Source: Phoronis australis (lineage: Eukaryota > Animalia > Phoronida). Taken from it: a DNA stretch of 64,000 nucleotides. Made by a program: the position numbers and the translations under genes. The notes beneath the pieces are model-generated. The model searched no databases, was not told the origin of the DNA, and worked only from the letters and a program-made list of their open reading frames with translations. This document shows positions 62,583 through 64,000 of the stretch, piece by piece. The stretch is taken from the NCBI GenBank assembly GCA_002633005.1, contig NMRA01000023.1:302580-366579 (forward strand), read 5' to 3'. Position 1 is the first letter of the stretch, and each line of letters starts with the position of its first letter.

Positions 62583-63171
62583 TAGACAGTGACCACCGCC
62601 TAGACCAGCCTTCAAGACGCCGTGAAGCTCTTATAGGCACCTCATATGTCGGAAGCTTTTCGGCAAATTATGACTAACTCTGATTAACACATAAATGTCA
62701 CATTGTTATTAGCACATTTTGCACATATAGAGGGACACCTTCAGGAGGCTGTCAGTGTTTTTAAATCCTAAGACAAAATCCTGCAATTAAACTTTTGCTT
62801 CAAGCGTCCTTCATTCAGTTGCGCAAACTGGCAGCTAGGCATTTTTACACTGTGCATGCTCCTGGAAGGCGCAGTGAAAACAGGAGCGCATGAGGTATTG
62901 AAAATGGCCAGTTGCCAATTTGAACAACTGAACAAAGGACAGAAGAGAAAAAGTTTGATTACAAGAATATTTTGTTCAGACAAGTTGTATTTGGAAGGCA
63001 TTAAAGACATTGACGACAGCTTCTATGTGCAAAAGGTAATACAACAACATGATTTTGATGTTTTAATCATACAGTGTGCGTCATAATTTGCCGAAACGCT
63101 TCCAATGTATAACGCCTCTATTAAGGAGCTTCACCGTCTCAAAGGCAGGTCAAGACAGTGGTCACTGTCTA
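62583..63171. mobile_element. fully palindromic MITE (TAG..CTA termini, Academ-like, or TA-flanked)
   Basis: TAGACAGTGACCAC ... GTGGTCACTGTCTA; the arms pair imperfectly all the way to a centre near 62870. Confidence 0.7.
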
Positions 63172-63775
63172 AACCACAGGCATCCTCAGCTTCTGATAAT
63201 CCAAAACATTAAAAGGTCTAACATTCGGCATAGGAATTCCACAGGTACTTCACTTCAGCTGTTTATATTCAAACACAAATCTCAATAAAGTTTCACAAAA
63301 CAGGAATTCATTCTCCTGATAGCATTTACTGCATCCTGCTCCAGCTTAAAACACAAATCTTTCCAAAGATCGATGCCTCGCAACTCCAGTACCCGGGTCA
63401 CGTGAGTCGGTTCAAAGTCAAGTACGGAAATGCCCGATGAGTAAACTTCCACAATGAAACGGCAAATTTGCTGTTATCCATCCGTATCTCTTCGAGTAAT
63501 TACGTACTTGACCTCGAAATGACTCACGTGACCCGGCTACAGGAGATTTTTGCGAACTCACTGAAGCAGCAAGTCTATAAATGCTGTCACTACATTGGGA
63601 AAAAGAACAATTGCTCGTTGTTTGTTGAATCCCTGTTTTATGTAAATTTTTGAGATTTGAGTTAAATGGACGGCTGAAGTGAAAACCGTGAAATTCCTAT
63701 CCTGAGTGTCAGACCTTTTAGTATTATATTGTATTGGGGACAATCAGAAGCTAATTAAGGATGCCTGCGGTCTGG
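63170..63775. mobile_element. second palindromic MITE abutting the first
   Basis: ACCACAGGCATCCTCAGCTTCTGAT ... ATCAGAAGCT..GGATGCCTGCGGT; inner arms CCGGGTCACGTGAGTC / GACTCACGTGACCCGG; centre ~63465. Confidence 0.65.
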
Positions 63776-64000
63776 CCAATATATACTCAGCTTGCCGAAG
63801 GTCCACAAGAGGGCTTTTCAGCACTTGGTGAAATGGTAAACCAAACAATCTGGGAAGAAAATTCGTGTTTAGACTGTTAACCAAATCAAATTCCCTTAAC
63901 ACATTAAAAGAAAACTGCAAACTGTCTTAGCGGTTACGTTTCACCTCTTTTAACCTTCCTCTAACAAAAACGAAATATGCTGTTTTAAGAAACATTTGTA

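Overview
AT-rich, intron-containing eukaryotic DNA, probably from an invertebrate animal (taxon not determinable from sequence alone), with assembly gaps at 3952-3961, 21811-22683 and 39887-39985. The centrepiece is an apparently intact ~9 kb ISL2EU-type (PIF/Harbinger-related) DNA transposon at 12816-21807. It has perfect 16-bp TIRs and a putative AT target duplication. It carries two convergent spliced genes: a SAP-SWIM-YqaJ exonuclease (+) and a THAP-coiled-coil-HTH-DDE transposase (-). A ~155-bp tandem array made from the exonuclease 3' end lies between them. The element appears nested in an older TTAA-flanked element (8987-23380). Host genes are two tandem ecdysteroid-kinase-like (EcKL) paralogues in a segmental duplication and a 10-coding-exon minus-strand coiled-coil gene. 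The rest is a patchwork of TE relics: MULE-, IS3EU-, Harbinger-, hAT- and maT/mariner-like elements, L1/Tx1, CR1/L2, a Penelope fragment with a degenerate hammerhead, and THAP relics. All splice models and family assignments were made by eye, without database searches.
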